Numbered from the stretch's first letter, positions 16,840-26,770 are shown. The stretch is 64,000 nt of DNA from an uncultured Candidatus Saccharibacteria bacterium (GCA_964536745.1 CAZHYL010000003.1:1001-65000), one strand, 5' to 3'. Translations and numbers: made by a program. The notes: generated by a model not told the origin, from the sequence alone.

Positions 16840-17316
16840 CTATTGAACTTCTTCTGTTAAAGCCTTCTCAATTTCTTCGTCAAGCATTTCGTTGCTTACA
16901 GGCGCTGCTGGCTTTTTAGCTGGCTTTGGTTTGCTGTCTGTAGTGCTTGTTGGTACTTCTGCCTCTTCAACAGGGCGACGTTTTATTTTAGATTGCGCAA
17001 TGCGATCTTTTTCTAAACGTGCTAAATGTTCATCTAGATTTACAATCAGATGGCGAATGATGTTCGCTTTTTGAGTACGAATCTTTGCTTCTAGGGCTGC
17101 AAGGCTTTTGCCTTCCATGTCGAAGCGGATTACACCGTAATGACCATTACGGGTTTTACCGATCTGGTAGGCAAGTTTCTTCTTACCCAACATTTCGTGA
17201 TTTAAATTGCTGCCACCAAAATCGGCAACATATTGTTCAACCTCTTTAGAGGTTTGTGGTACCTGATCATCAGATACACTAGACGCGAGAATATACATTA
17301 ATTCATATCGCGGCAT
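16840..17316 (-). CDS. rpsF: 30S ribosomal protein S6 with a C-terminal Lys/Pro/Glu-rich extension.
   Basis: MPRYELMYIL…GKKKLAYQIGKTRNGHYGVIRFD is a canonical S6 sequence. It sits in the rpsF-ssb-rpsR operon arrangement. Confidence 0.85.
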   Translation of the reverse strand: MPRYELMYILASSVSDDQVPQTSKEVEQYVADFGGSNLNHEMLGKKKLAYQIGKTRNGHYGVIRFDMEGKSLAALEAKIRTQKANIIRHLIVNLDEHLARLEKDRIAQSKIKRRPVEEAEVPTSTTDSKPKPAKKPAAPVSNEMLDEEIEKALTEEVQ

Positions 17317-17539
17317 AAGGTCCTTTCTATAGCTCCTTGCTTTGCAAGGTAGGCCTTATCTCTGCCCTCGTAAGGGCTTAAATAGCCCAAGGTGGGGTAG
17401 AGAATATTAATTATGTATTTTGAGTCTAATTGAAGCTTAGCAGGTCTCAGAACAAGTCCTGTTTAATAAAACCTCAATATTTCTTCAAAATTTACTTAAT
17501 TTTAGTATAAAATAGCCCTTTTGGCAAGGGGTGTTATGA

Positions 17540-17569
17540 TTGACAATAACTCGATCGTAAGCCTATACT
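17540..17569 (+). promoter_or_regulatory. Sigma70-type promoter (TTGACA, 18-nt spacer, TATACT) for the 17593 gene.
   Basis: Consensus hexamers read directly. AGGAGG RBS at 17582-17587. Confidence 0.5.
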
Positions 17570-17592
17570 TTTGAGCATAAACAGGAGGAAGT

Positions 17593-18042
17593 ATGCACAA
17601 AATTGAAGTGTCATTTGAGGTCCCAAATTGGTGGGGACGGAAAAAAATTCCAAATGGACCTGCTTGGTTTCCATTAATTGATGACGAGGTGGTAGATACA
17701 ATACCACCTTCGTCTCATTTGTCCGTGGGTAATCAGGTAAGATACATGCTTTTCTACACTGGACGAGAACTCAAGCCTAATGAAGTTGAGCAGGAGAGAA
17801 AGAAGTTAGGCTTGGTGCAGGACATACCCGCGCTAATGTTATATCTTGATCTCAATAAAGATTTTTGCAAATACCGTGGCGTTGGTGATAGTTGGCAAGG
17901 ACCAGATGGTAGGTGGTACTATATTTACCTTCAGTATAGATTAAATGTACATCTTAATAAGATGGGGCATATCTTTGGCGGTAAATGCGATGGAACAAGT
18001 TGGTCATCCAATACTTGGTTCGGTGGTCTAATAGTAACCTAG
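17593..18042 (+). CDS. Hypothetical protein (149 aa), Trp/Gly-rich, with no recognisable family.
   Basis: ORF with strong promoter and RBS. Followed by a terminator-like hairpin (GTGCGATTTGTTTCGCAC-TTTTTTT) at about 18052-18076. Confidence 0.5.
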   Translation: MHKIEVSFEVPNWWGRKKIPNGPAWFPLIDDEVVDTIPPSSHLSVGNQVRYMLFYTGRELKPNEVEQERKKLGLVQDIPALMLYLDLNKDFCKYRGVGDSWQGPDGRWYYIYLQYRLNVHLNKMGHIFGGKCDGTSWSSNTWFGGLIVT

Positions 18043-18075
18043 AATTTATAAAGTGCGATTTGTTTCGCACTTTTT

Positions 18076-19161
18076 TTAGACATTAAATAGGAAGTGAACT
18101 ACATCACCGTCTTGAACGACGTACTCTTTTCCTTCGGTTCGTAGCCATCCTTTTGCTCTAGCATTTGCGTATGAGCCTGCTTCTAATAGTTTATCCCACG
18201 CGATTGTTTCAGCTCTAATAAATCCGTGTTCAAAATCGGTGTGAATAACACCTGCTGCTTGTGGAGCTTTGGTTCCGCTTGGGCAAGTCCAAGCCTTGCT
18301 TTCTTTTGGCCCTGCGGTAATAAATGTAATTAGCCCTAAAGTTTTATATGCTGCTGTTATAATTCGGTCGAGGCCGCTTTCAGTTAATCCTAAATCCTTT
18401 AAATAATCATCACGATCGCTATCTTCTAATTCAGCAAGCTCACTTTCTAATTTGGCATCAACGATTAATGCATTTTCTGGAATTGGATTTGGAACATTTT
18501 GGTATTGGTGAGTGTTAAGGTCGTAAGTTGAATTAAACGCATACAAAAATGGTTTTGTGGTAAGTAGTTGTACATCTTTTGAAGCATCTTTTTCTTCATC
18601 GTTTAAAATTACTGTGTTAGCCATTTGCCCATCCTCTAAAGCTGCTTTGTATTTTTCTAACACACCCATTTTAATTTTCGCAATTCTATCACCAGACTTA
18701 ACTAACTTCGCATTTGATTCAATTCTTTTCTCCACATTTTGCAAATCTGCTAACTGAAGTTCTATAGCAATCGTTTCCATATCTCGTTTGGCATCTACAT
18801 TTCCGTTTACGTGAATAATGTCGTCGTTGTTAAATACACGAGTCACTTCCAAAATTGCATCAACTTCACGAATATGCGAAAGAAATTGATTACCTAAGCC
18901 TTCGCCTTTATGAGCGCCAGAAACAAGTCCGGCAATATCTACAAATTCTATAGAAGTCGGCACAATTTTTTCACTTTTTTCTTGCTCTGCTAACTTTGCA
19001 AGACGATCGTCGGGTACAGCAACAACACCAACATTGGGGTCAATGGTGGCAAAGGGGTAGTTCGCAGCTTCAACCTGCGATTTAGTAATGGCGTTAAATA
19101 ATGTTGACTTGCCAACATTTGGCAAACCAACAATTCCGATGGTCTGTTTTGAACCCGACAT
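18076..19161 (-). CDS. ychF: Ribosome-binding ATPase YchF (Obg-family GTPase with C-terminal TGS domain).
   Basis: P-loop 'IGIVGLPNVGKSTLFNA'. C-terminal '…VVQDGDVVHFLFNV' matches the TGS domain. 361 aa. Confidence 0.85.
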   Translation of the reverse strand: MSGSKQTIGIVGLPNVGKSTLFNAITKSQVEAANYPFATIDPNVGVVAVPDDRLAKLAEQEKSEKIVPTSIEFVDIAGLVSGAHKGEGLGNQFLSHIREVDAILEVTRVFNNDDIIHVNGNVDAKRDMETIAIELQLADLQNVEKRIESNAKLVKSGDRIAKIKMGVLEKYKAALEDGQMANTVILNDEEKDASKDVQLLTTKPFLYAFNSTYDLNTHQYQNVPNPIPENALIVDAKLESELAELEDSDRDDYLKDLGLTESGLDRIITAAYKTLGLITFITAGPKESKAWTCPSGTKAPQAAGVIHTDFEHGFIRAETIAWDKLLEAGSYANARAKGWLRTEGKEYVVQDGDVVHFLFNV

Positions 19162-20743
19162 AATTTGAATTAGTTAATGGTAAATATCCAGTGACTTGCA
19201 GCTGGTTCTTATCGCTTACAACCTTTTCGACAGTATTGAGTATTATTGCCCTTTTAGGTTCAAATTTCAAATCCTGTAAGGTCTTTTTAGCTTTCTCGGC
19301 AAATGCTTTAATCTCACGTTGGCTGGGTGCTTCCAAGAGCGTTTGGTTCGCTTGGTCGGTAGCGTTTGTGACTTGTGCTTCAAGTTTAGTGATTTTATCT
19401 CGAAGCGGGACAGTATATTCTTTAAGTTGCTCTAAAGTAAATGCTCCAGCTCCGTAGCCTTTATTATATCGTTCAATCTGTCCGTTTAATTTACTGATTT
19501 CCTTTTTGGTAGCTTCGACATCGACCAAAGTAGATTTTGCTTTGGTTTGTCGGTTCTTGAGCCAACGTTCAACCTGTTCGGCTAATAGCTTGGGGGAGCT
19601 CATTAAAGCAGAAACCTTTTTCCATACCAGTTCATCAGCAACTCTTGCGTTGATACCTCGTTCCTCACATTTGGGCGGTAAGGGAAAACTCAATGTTCTA
19701 TCGGTGCAGCGGTAATATAGGTTCGGTTTATTATAATAGCCTTCACCCATTCGCTTTCTACCGCATACGCAATCAATTTTCCCAGACAGTAAATACTCAT
19801 TTTTCTTGTTGCGTTTACACAGAGCGAAATTCGCTTTTAATTGTTGTCCAGCTTTTTCAAAAACTTTTGGTTCAATGATTGCGGGAATGGGTATTGTTAT
19901 CCATTCTTCGGTAGGTCGTAATCTACGGCTGGTTTTTTTCTGCTTTTTATACTTTTCGTGTTTGAGTGGTCTTTCTGGAACAACAGCGTAAGAAGCTCCG
20001 TAGTGCGCTTCACCAATATAACCCTTGTGTCGCAGCATAGTGCTTAAGGTGCTGGTGCTCCATACACCTCTTTTGCTGTTGCGTGGCCTAATACCAAGCT
20101 GTTGCAACTTCCTGACTATGGCTCGCAGCGTCATTCCGTCATCGGCTACCCAAGAGAATATCATTTTTACAACTCGTGCTTCCTCTGGATGGACTTCATA
20201 ATAACCGTGTTTCTTATCCTGCTTCGGAATGTAGTTGTAACCGTAAAGAGGATGTGTGGTAAGAATATGCCCTTCTTTTACCTTTCGAAGTTTGCCAAGC
20301 CTAAATCTTTCGGCGATTTTTGCACGCTCATATTCAGCAAACAACCCTCTAACGCCGTGCAGGATTTTATCTTCGCTGTTTTTAGGAGCAGGGACAGTAA
20401 CGAATATAACTTCAACGCCAGCTTCTCGTAACTCATCCATAACCAATTCTTGATAGGAATAACGGCGAGCCAAGCGGTCAGGGTCGTAGATAAGCACGGC
20501 TTCCCAAACTCTGTCTTTGCTTTTCGCATCCAATCGAAGTCTATCCAGCGCTGGGCGTTCCAAAATATCGCCGCTCCAGTCATCGTCCTTATACTCCTGA
20601 ATTATCTGCCAGTTATTCTTTTCAGCCAGCTCGTTGAAAGTCATTATTTGATTTTTTATAGTCCGTTCTTCTTCGTCAGGATTTTCAGATACACGAGCGT
20701 ATGTAGCGATTAGCTTAAATTGGTTGTCAGTTGCAAAGTTCAT
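19094..20743 (-). CDS. Large serine recombinase (resolvase/invertase catalytic domain, recombinase domain, zinc ribbon and coiled-coil). Its last 68 nt overlap the 5' end of ychF.
   Basis: N-terminal 'LIATYARVSENPDEEERTIKNQ…' carries the catalytic Ser motif. 'DRLARR' is present, as is a C-terminal Cys cluster (CVCGRK…YYRCTDR). 549 aa. Confidence 0.8.
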   Translation of the reverse strand: MNFATDNQFKLIATYARVSENPDEEERTIKNQIMTFNELAEKNNWQIIQEYKDDDWSGDILERPALDRLRLDAKSKDRVWEAVLIYDPDRLARRYSYQELVMDELREAGVEVIFVTVPAPKNSEDKILHGVRGLFAEYERAKIAERFRLGKLRKVKEGHILTTHPLYGYNYIPKQDKKHGYYEVHPEEARVVKMIFSWVADDGMTLRAIVRKLQQLGIRPRNSKRGVWSTSTLSTMLRHKGYIGEAHYGASYAVVPERPLKHEKYKKQKKTSRRLRPTEEWITIPIPAIIEPKVFEKAGQQLKANFALCKRNKKNEYLLSGKIDCVCGRKRMGEGYYNKPNLYYRCTDRTLSFPLPPKCEERGINARVADELVWKKVSALMSSPKLLAEQVERWLKNRQTKAKSTLVDVEATKKEISKLNGQIERYNKGYGAGAFTLEQLKEYTVPLRDKITKLEAQVTNATDQANQTLLEAPSQREIKAFAEKAKKTLQDLKFEPKRAIILNTVEKVVSDKNQLQVTGYLPLTNSNYVGFKTDHRNCWFAKCWQVNII

Positions 20744-20919
20744 TTGATTTTATGTTTTTCTAAAAACTTATTGACTTCGGCTTTGGGAATGCGGAGCAGG
20801 GAAGTCTTACCATCACCAAGCTTATAACCTTTGAGCGAGCCACTTTTAAGCCAGCGCAATATGGTGCGCTTATGAACTCTTAATTCTTTTGCTACTTCTT
20901 CCAATGTGAGAAATTCCAT
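20740..20919 (-). CDS. Excisionase/MerR-like HTH DNA-binding protein (59 aa), not in the ORF track. Its stop overlaps the recombinase start (ATGA).
   Basis: Manual translation of the minus strand gives MEFLTLEEVAKELRVHKRTILRWLKSGSLKGYKLGDGKTSLLRIPKAEVNKFLEKHKIK, an HTH_17/excisionase-type motif ('…TI.RW…G.L…K.G…'). Confidence 0.6.
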   Translation of the reverse strand: MEFLTLEEVAKELRVHKRTILRWLKSGSLKGYKLGDGKTSLLRIPKAEVNKFLEKHKIK

Positions 20920-21064
20920 AAGTTTATTATAGTCTTAATTGTCATCAGTTGTCAAATCGCCATATTTCAATAACGTTTCTTCAAATAAAAGGTCAAAGGC
21001 ACTTTCAATCAACCCATTGGTATCTTCTACGGGTTGGTATCGCACTGAAGGCTGACTTCGTTTT

Positions 21065-22231
21065 TTAGTCTTGGTTGAAGTCATACCTTTCGAATTTTTC
21101 TAATGCTGATTGAATTTCACTGATAGCCAGCGATGGTGGCGTTCCTCGTAAGGTAGTTGCTGCAACCTTTATTTTAGGTGATAGACGTGTCCAGCTTTTG
21201 CTTGTCCAATTTTTCTCAATTTTATCTCTGGTTTTCCTAACCCCGTATTGGTTGATGAGTGTATAGAGACCAAGACTGGCGAGTGCAGCATTAAGTGAGT
21301 GCGCTTGCTTCTTCTTTTTGGAAGTTAATCCAGCAATCATTGCATCAAACACTTCTTCTGTTGGTCGTTCCAGTTTGAAAGCGAGTTGGCTGGCAGGTGA
21401 CTTGATTATTTCTGACCACTTGGTAAGTAGGGTTTTTTGCCAGAGTTCTTTGTTGAATAGCTCCTCAAAAGCAACTTCCTTAACTTTTTCGCCTTTTATT
21501 TTGGACAGGAACGCAGTCAGGCTTTGCTGTTTCGCCAGCCTGATTTCAAAACGTAGAATTTCAGGTTTCTGTTCATCGTTCCAAATATCTGTAAAAAGTC
21601 GTTCCAGATAGAGCTTGTCTTTATCGATGGCCTTCGCTTTTGGTGTCTGAATATCTTTGAGCTTGTCGTAAAAAATGATATTGGCCGAAGAAGCGTAAAA
21701 ATATAAGGCTTGGCCGTTATTGCCGTAGTGCCTCACATTCACGTCTTTTGTTTTGCCAATGTCTGCTTTGTAAAGCGTTGAAATAGCATCCTGCACGGTC
21801 ATTGGAGCAGGTAGCACGATATTCTTACCAAAGTGTGCTTTAACAACTATCGCTTTACGAAGTAATGCCTTGAAAATTTTAATTCCCATTTGGGAAAGGC
21901 GAGCTTGGAGTTCTTCTACAACCCTGTCAAAGTCTGTGTCGTTGTATTCTTGAACACTATTGCCGTTCAAGAGTTTGGGAACAGAAAATTCAATGTGCAG
22001 GTCGTATCTAACCTTAAAATCCTCAAAACGCTGATATACGGTCAGTCTTGGTAAGTAAATACCAGCCTGCTTATCTGCGAACGTGGCGTTCTGGGTGAAC
22101 TTTTGGAACTTATGGCGGCCGTAGTTAAAATCAGTAGTTTTGTCGTTGATAATTAACGCAGGAGTAAAAAGGTTGGGGTTTCCAACCATAAAGTTCGGAT
22201 ATGTAATTCTGATAGCAACTGTATCCAGCAT
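21065..22231 (-). CDS. Putative replication-initiator/relaxase-like protein (Rep_trans or phage CRI-like). Tentative.
   Basis: 388-aa protein. The position directly upstream of xis-recombinase and loose resemblance to rolling-circle Rep proteins (…RHYGNNGQALYFY…, …ILRFEIRL…) support the call. Not verified. Confidence 0.3.
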   Translation of the reverse strand: MLDTVAIRITYPNFMVGNPNLFTPALIINDKTTDFNYGRHKFQKFTQNATFADKQAGIYLPRLTVYQRFEDFKVRYDLHIEFSVPKLLNGNSVQEYNDTDFDRVVEELQARLSQMGIKIFKALLRKAIVVKAHFGKNIVLPAPMTVQDAISTLYKADIGKTKDVNVRHYGNNGQALYFYASSANIIFYDKLKDIQTPKAKAIDKDKLYLERLFTDIWNDEQKPEILRFEIRLAKQQSLTAFLSKIKGEKVKEVAFEELFNKELWQKTLLTKWSEIIKSPASQLAFKLERPTEEVFDAMIAGLTSKKKKQAHSLNAALASLGLYTLINQYGVRKTRDKIEKNWTSKSWTRLSPKIKVAATTLRGTPPSLAISEIQSALEKFERYDFNQD

Positions 22232-22261
22232 AACGCCTGCGTTTGTCTGCCTTTCGGCTGT

Positions 22262-22549
22262 TTATTTCTGTCTCGGTGTCCGATTTTTGTTGTCCCGAAA
22301 TTTCGGGGAATACTCCAAGACGTTGTGTGGATACTGGTCTGCAATCATTTGCGAAACCAATATCCAGCCTCGACCTTTACAGTTATCACAAGGCAAGTAA
22401 TCAGTGCCGACCATAGTAAAATCGTCGAACCTGTCGCTGTGCCAAATGATATTTTGGGGAACTTCAATTTTGCCAGTGCATTCGCACAGTAAGCACTTGT
22501 ATTTAACCGACGGCACTGAACAGTGATGGCATTGTTTTGATTGGTTCAT
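22262..22549 (-). CDS. Cys-rich zinc-finger protein (95 aa), hypothetical.
   Basis: CHHC…CLLCEC…CDNC cluster. Confidence 0.45.
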   Translation of the reverse strand: MNQSKQCHHCSVPSVKYKCLLCECTGKIEVPQNIIWHSDRFDDFTMVGTDYLPCDNCKGRGWILVSQMIADQYPHNVLEYSPKFRDNKNRTPRQK

Positions 22550-22558
22550 AAAATTTCC

Positions 22559-22891
22559 TTATTCGCTGTATAATCTGTTTTTAAGCATTTTGAGGTTATC
22601 GAAAAACGACCTCGCTTTAACTTCGAGGCGGTCAGCCCAATAGTCGTCTACGACCCGTTCTATCCCTGCTTGTCGCAGGAAAGCAAACTGGACTTTGCGT
22701 GGGTTGGTTTTATCAAGCAAGGCAAGCTGAAAGCCAGCCGAAACCAGTGCTGCGGCTGCACCTAAATCGAACGTGTATAAGTAATTGTGGTAATCTTCGG
22801 CAGAACTTTGGGTGTCTGCCTGACCCTTTGGTAATTTTCTGGTCATTGATTTTTTGTTAATGGTAATATTTTGGCGAAAGAAAAAAGCCAA
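22559..22891 (-). CDS. Hypothetical protein (110 aa).
   Basis: ORF in the element operon. No motif recognised. Confidence 0.4.
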   Translation of the reverse strand: MAFFFRQNITINKKSMTRKLPKGQADTQSSAEDYHNYLYTFDLGAAAALVSAGFQLALLDKTNPRKVQFAFLRQAGIERVVDDYWADRLEVKARSFFDNLKMLKNRLYSE

Positions 22892-22994
22892 AGCGTATTG
22901 TGCTTTGACTTTATCCTTTTATTATTCAGTTATGGACGGAAAGAATGTGCGATTATTGTGGTTGTATTATGGGATGTATGTGCTTCAGTTGTGC

Positions 22995-23450
22995 TTAAAC
23001 TATCAGCTTGTATCCGTGTTGTTTGATATTTTCTATGCAGTCTCGATTTTTGGCTTGTCCTTTCGGCAAAATACCCAAAATTTCTTTGATGTTTCTAATG
23101 ATAAAACCAAGCTTGCGTTTAGCATCTTTTGAGGGGTTTTCTCCAAGTAAATCGGTATAAGTCGCTAAATACTCATCGCTGCTCATTAACGTGTGCAGGA
23201 TTGCAAATTCTTGGGTCTGTGGGTTAATGTTGGCTTTCACTTCGTTGAGTTGCACCGAGCCTGCGCTTTCGTTAAGTGTTAAAAGCCCGTGCTTTAACTG
23301 AACACTTAAAACCTTATTTTTTGGCGTTGGCAAAGCCTCAATTTTCGGCTGTGGTTGCACAGGGGGTGCACTGCCCAAAACTCTTTCTTTGTATTGATTA
23401 TACCGATCTTCGAAATCTTGCGGGAATTGGATTGTGAGAATACTGCTCAT
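22995..23450 (-). CDS. Hypothetical protein (151 aa).
   Basis: ORF in the element operon. The next upstream gene ends 4 nt away. Confidence 0.4.
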   Translation of the reverse strand: MSSILTIQFPQDFEDRYNQYKERVLGSAPPVQPQPKIEALPTPKNKVLSVQLKHGLLTLNESAGSVQLNEVKANINPQTQEFAILHTLMSSDEYLATYTDLLGENPSKDAKRKLGFIIRNIKEILGILPKGQAKNRDCIENIKQHGYKLIV

Positions 23451-23454
23451 ACAA

Positions 23455-24081
23455 TTACCTTGCTGCTCCTATAATTCTGAATTTTGAAATAAGACCTGCT
23501 TGTTGAAGCAAATTTAGTATGTTTTCGAGCTCATACCAATCGGTAATGCCGCATTCTCTCATCCAAGAATGATATTTTTGGGTTGATATTTTAGTCTCGC
23601 CCGTGCTTGGGGTCAGAGCCCATTCTTCTTTGAGCTTTTCAAGTATGAATAACTTTTTTTGGTCTGCTGCGGACAGGTTGGTCTTTTTTGGTTCAGACGG
23701 CTTATTGGCCGACTGACTTAATACTTGAACTTGCTTGGTAAGAAACTTTATTTGGTCGGCATTATACTCTTTGGTAAAAATACTTTCGTATAGTGCGTAG
23801 ACTTCCTCAAATCTCGGAAGTATAGGCTCAACCTTGTAAGCATTGGGTCTGGTATGCACTCCATTCAGCTGTTGTATGCTTCTAAAAGTGGCCAATAAGG
23901 ATGATTGGTATTCTAATGCTTTAAGGCTGCCCGTTTTGGCAATCATCCTAACAGCTCGTTCTCTGACATCAGCGTTAGTATCAATAATAATCCACTGGTC
24001 ATTAGGTGTGGCGAGCTGTTCTTGCTGGATTTCGCATAAGATTTGCCAAGCAGTTTTGTGTAATTCTTCAATAGGGGACAT
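23455..24081 (-). CDS. Hypothetical protein (208 aa), first gene of the element's minus-strand operon.
   Basis: ORF. No motif recognised. Confidence 0.4.
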   Translation of the reverse strand: MSPIEELHKTAWQILCEIQQEQLATPNDQWIIIDTNADVRERAVRMIAKTGSLKALEYQSSLLATFRSIQQLNGVHTRPNAYKVEPILPRFEEVYALYESIFTKEYNADQIKFLTKQVQVLSQSANKPSEPKKTNLSAADQKKLFILEKLKEEWALTPSTGETKISTQKYHSWMRECGITDWYELENILNLLQQAGLISKFRIIGAAR

Positions 24082-24101
24082 TTATAATAATATGGTAATT
24101 T

Positions 24102-24117
24102 AGCTTAATTTTAAGCT
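24102..24117. promoter_or_regulatory. Inverted repeat AGCTTAA-tt-TTAAGCT in the divergent promoter region between the element operon and the erm-like gene. Candidate operator.
   Basis: 7-bp perfect inverted repeat with a 2-nt spacer in a 115-bp divergent intergenic region. Confidence 0.3.
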
Positions 24118-24196
24118 ATTTGCGCTCGAACATCAATCTTGTGGGCAAATACGAGAACTAACCGATTATGGTATTATTCTAATAATAGGATAACTA

Positions 24197-25078
24197 ATGA
24201 ACTTACAACATTCCCAAAATTTTTTACGAGACCCCAAGCTCGTTCAGGAGCTGATACAGAAGTCGTCTTTGCGTAAAGAGGATACAGTTCTTGATATTGG
24301 GGCAGGAAAAGGGATTATTACAGAGTTATTAGCCAAGTCTGTTAAATCGGTGATTGCCATTGAACCCGACACAAACCTTTATAGTTATTTGCAGGATAAG
24401 TTCAAAGAGTATAGGAATGTTCACATACAAAAAATTGACTTTCTTAAATCCGATTTGCCCAAAGAGCAATACAAGGTTTTTTCTAACATACCGTTTGGCA
24501 TAACTGCCGATATAATTAAAAAGTTGTTGGGAGCACAAAATTCACCCGAAGATAGCTATTTAATCGTGCAGGAAGAAGCAGCTAAAAAGTATGCTGGCAA
24601 GCCATACGCAAGAGAAACATTATTGTCCATTCTGCATAAGCCGTGGTTTAATTTTAGCGTGGTTTACAACTTTAAACGCAACGATTTTACCCCAATACCA
24701 CAAGTAAATTCTGTATTGCTACGAATAGAAAAATTGAAAAAGCCGCTTATTTCACAACACACTGCGACTGTGTTCAAAGATTTTGTTGCGTTTGGTTTTA
24801 CGTCAGTAAGACCAAACCTCAAAAAGGGCTACAAGAATGTATTTGGCCATATTCAATTTCTAAAATTAGCAGACGAATTTAATTTTAGCCCTGATGCCAA
24901 GCCAACAGACCTCGACTTTGAACAGTGGTTGGGTATATTTAATTACTTCGTTATTGGGGTAGAAAAAAGAAGGCAAAAACAAGTTACGGGTGCAATAGCA
25001 AAGTTGTCCGAACAGCAGAAATCTTTAGATAAAATTCATAGAACCCGCACAGCCAGAAATTGGCAAAATAAAAAATAA
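24197..25078 (+). CDS. Erm-like 23S rRNA (adenine-N6)-methyltransferase (RsmA/Erm superfamily, with Erm-type motifs).
   Basis: 'HSQNFL', the SAM-binding motif 'LDIGAGKGIIT', 'AIEPD' and 'SNIPFGITADIIKKLL' match the Erm signature (GxGKG, NIPY) rather than the KsgA signature (GPGxG, NLPY). 293 aa. Confidence 0.55.
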   Translation: MNLQHSQNFLRDPKLVQELIQKSSLRKEDTVLDIGAGKGIITELLAKSVKSVIAIEPDTNLYSYLQDKFKEYRNVHIQKIDFLKSDLPKEQYKVFSNIPFGITADIIKKLLGAQNSPEDSYLIVQEEAAKKYAGKPYARETLLSILHKPWFNFSVVYNFKRNDFTPIPQVNSVLLRIEKLKKPLISQHTATVFKDFVAFGFTSVRPNLKKGYKNVFGHIQFLKLADEFNFSPDAKPTDLDFEQWLGIFNYFVIGVEKRRQKQVTGAIAKLSEQQKSLDKIHRTRTARNWQNKK

Positions 25079-25085
25079 GCCCATC

Positions 25086-26021
25086 TTACGATAGGGCTAA
25101 TTCCAAAGTTCTTTTTGTGGTAAGTTCAAGGTCTTTCCAGTTGTGTTTGAAAGCGTTATAGCTCATTCCATTAAGACCAATGCTTATTTCGTAGCAACGT
25201 AAACGTTCTTCAAAATTAGGCACTTCCAAGCCTATTTTTTTGTAGTGTCTTCGGGCTTCTTCTGCCCAGTTTATATTCTGCATCGCAGGATACCACGGCG
25301 ACCATACGATAAGCCCAGCTAACTCATATAGGAAATCGCCATACATCGCATTACCCCAATCAATGACAGCACTGATTTCATTGCCCTGAACCAACACATT
25401 GTAATGCAAAAGGTCGGTGTGAAGTAGATAGCGTTCTTGGGGACATTTGTCTACGAGAGATTTTAAGACATCAAAAGCCTTATTAAAGGGTGCTTCGCCC
25501 ATTGGCGAGTTTTTTAGTGAAGCACGCCAACCATATGTTCTGCTGGTCACTGGGTCATTCCAAACATCTAATAGACATTCTTGCCAAGTTGGATATGGAG
25601 CAACTTTTTCGGTATTCCAATTACCATATCCAGAGGTAGAGCTTATGTCAGTCATCCTCATAGCATCCAGCATTTGAAAAACAGCAGGAACTATTTGAAC
25701 CATTTGTGGCTCGTCTAAACCATCCAGCATATTACCAAAAGCCCTTTCCGAAATAGCGAAACTTCGACCCAAAGCTTGCCCAATTTCTACTACCTTTGGT
25801 ATTGGTAAGTCGGATGCGGTATAAGCGGCAGCTATTTGGTCTTTCTTAAAATCATCGCTATATAAGCCAAACCGAATAACGTAGTCCTTTCCTAAATGAC
25901 GAAACGAAAAAGCTTGAGACCATACACCTTGCCCCAAATGTGCTACATCACTTACTGTTTGTTTGAAGCGAGTGTGTAAAAAGTTTTCTATCTCTGTGAT
26001 TTCTAAAGGTTTTAATTCCAT
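25086..26021 (-). CDS. Aminoglycoside/macrolide phosphotransferase-family kinase (APH fold).
   Basis: The catalytic loop 'HTDLLHYNVLV' (HxDxxxxN) and 'VIDWGNAMYGDFLYELA' (DWG/DxxxDLA) are the APH Brenner-type motifs. 311 aa. Confidence 0.55.
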   Translation of the reverse strand: MELKPLEITEIENFLHTRFKQTVSDVAHLGQGVWSQAFSFRHLGKDYVIRFGLYSDDFKKDQIAAAYTASDLPIPKVVEIGQALGRSFAISERAFGNMLDGLDEPQMVQIVPAVFQMLDAMRMTDISSTSGYGNWNTEKVAPYPTWQECLLDVWNDPVTSRTYGWRASLKNSPMGEAPFNKAFDVLKSLVDKCPQERYLLHTDLLHYNVLVQGNEISAVIDWGNAMYGDFLYELAGLIVWSPWYPAMQNINWAEEARRHYKKIGLEVPNFEERLRCYEISIGLNGMSYNAFKHNWKDLELTTKRTLELALS

Positions 26022-26402
26022 ATGGCTTATACGGGAACAGAGCGAACTATCTGCCCTTGTTTATTTCTGGCCACGATAGCCCTTTTATACTGCGGTGGCG
26101 GCAGTTTAATCGTAAAGTTAAATGGTATGAGCTTGGTCGTTTCTTCTATAATAGGATGTCTGGTTGTGTTCACTCCATACCAATTTGAAATGACATATAT
26201 TTAAAGCTTTTGTTTTCAGACAACATTACTTAGAAAACTGTCTTAAAAACAAAAGCTCAGAAAGTTTACTTACTTGCTATATTTTATAGAAAAATAGCCT
26301 ATTTGTCCACTGTGCGATTGACACTTTTCCCAAGATTCTGTAACATGCTTAATACAGTTGCAGTTTAACTGAATTCAAGTCGAAGGAGAAAATAATAGCA
26401 AG

Positions 26403-26762
26403 ATGAGTTTTTCAACAGCGCGTAGCGACTCAGAGCGCTTAAAGCGCAAGCGAATGAAGCGGGATACACGAAGCTCGGAAAGAACGCCCAATTCTTTCTA
26501 CAAGAAGGAGCCGAAGTACCTAACGTACGAGGATCTCACCGACAATCAAAAGTCGCGTTTGCGAGATGCATTGATTGATGCTCTCAAGAATGGCATTCAG
26601 CACATCAGACAAGTGTACAACGCGCTTGTCGGTAGGCTGACGGAGATGATCCAAGGCAAGCGGCTCGAAGCCAATCATTTGGTCCTTGGGATCCGCAACG
26701 GCAAGCATACTAAGCAGTATGCGCTCACGCTTGAAGATTTCCAAACTCTCTGCAGTGCATAG
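26403..26762 (+). CDS. Hypothetical basic protein (119 aa) in a GC-rich (about 50%) island within the element.
   Basis: GC visibly higher than the flanks. A candidate promoter TTGACA…TAACAT lies upstream and a terminator follows at 26771-26805. Confidence 0.45.
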   Translation: MSFSTARSDSERLKRKRMKRDTRSSERTPNSFYKKEPKYLTYEDLTDNQKSRLRDALIDALKNGIQHIRQVYNALVGRLTEMIQGKRLEANHLVLGIRNGKHTKQYALTLEDFQTLCSA

Positions 26763-26770
26763 CACAACGA

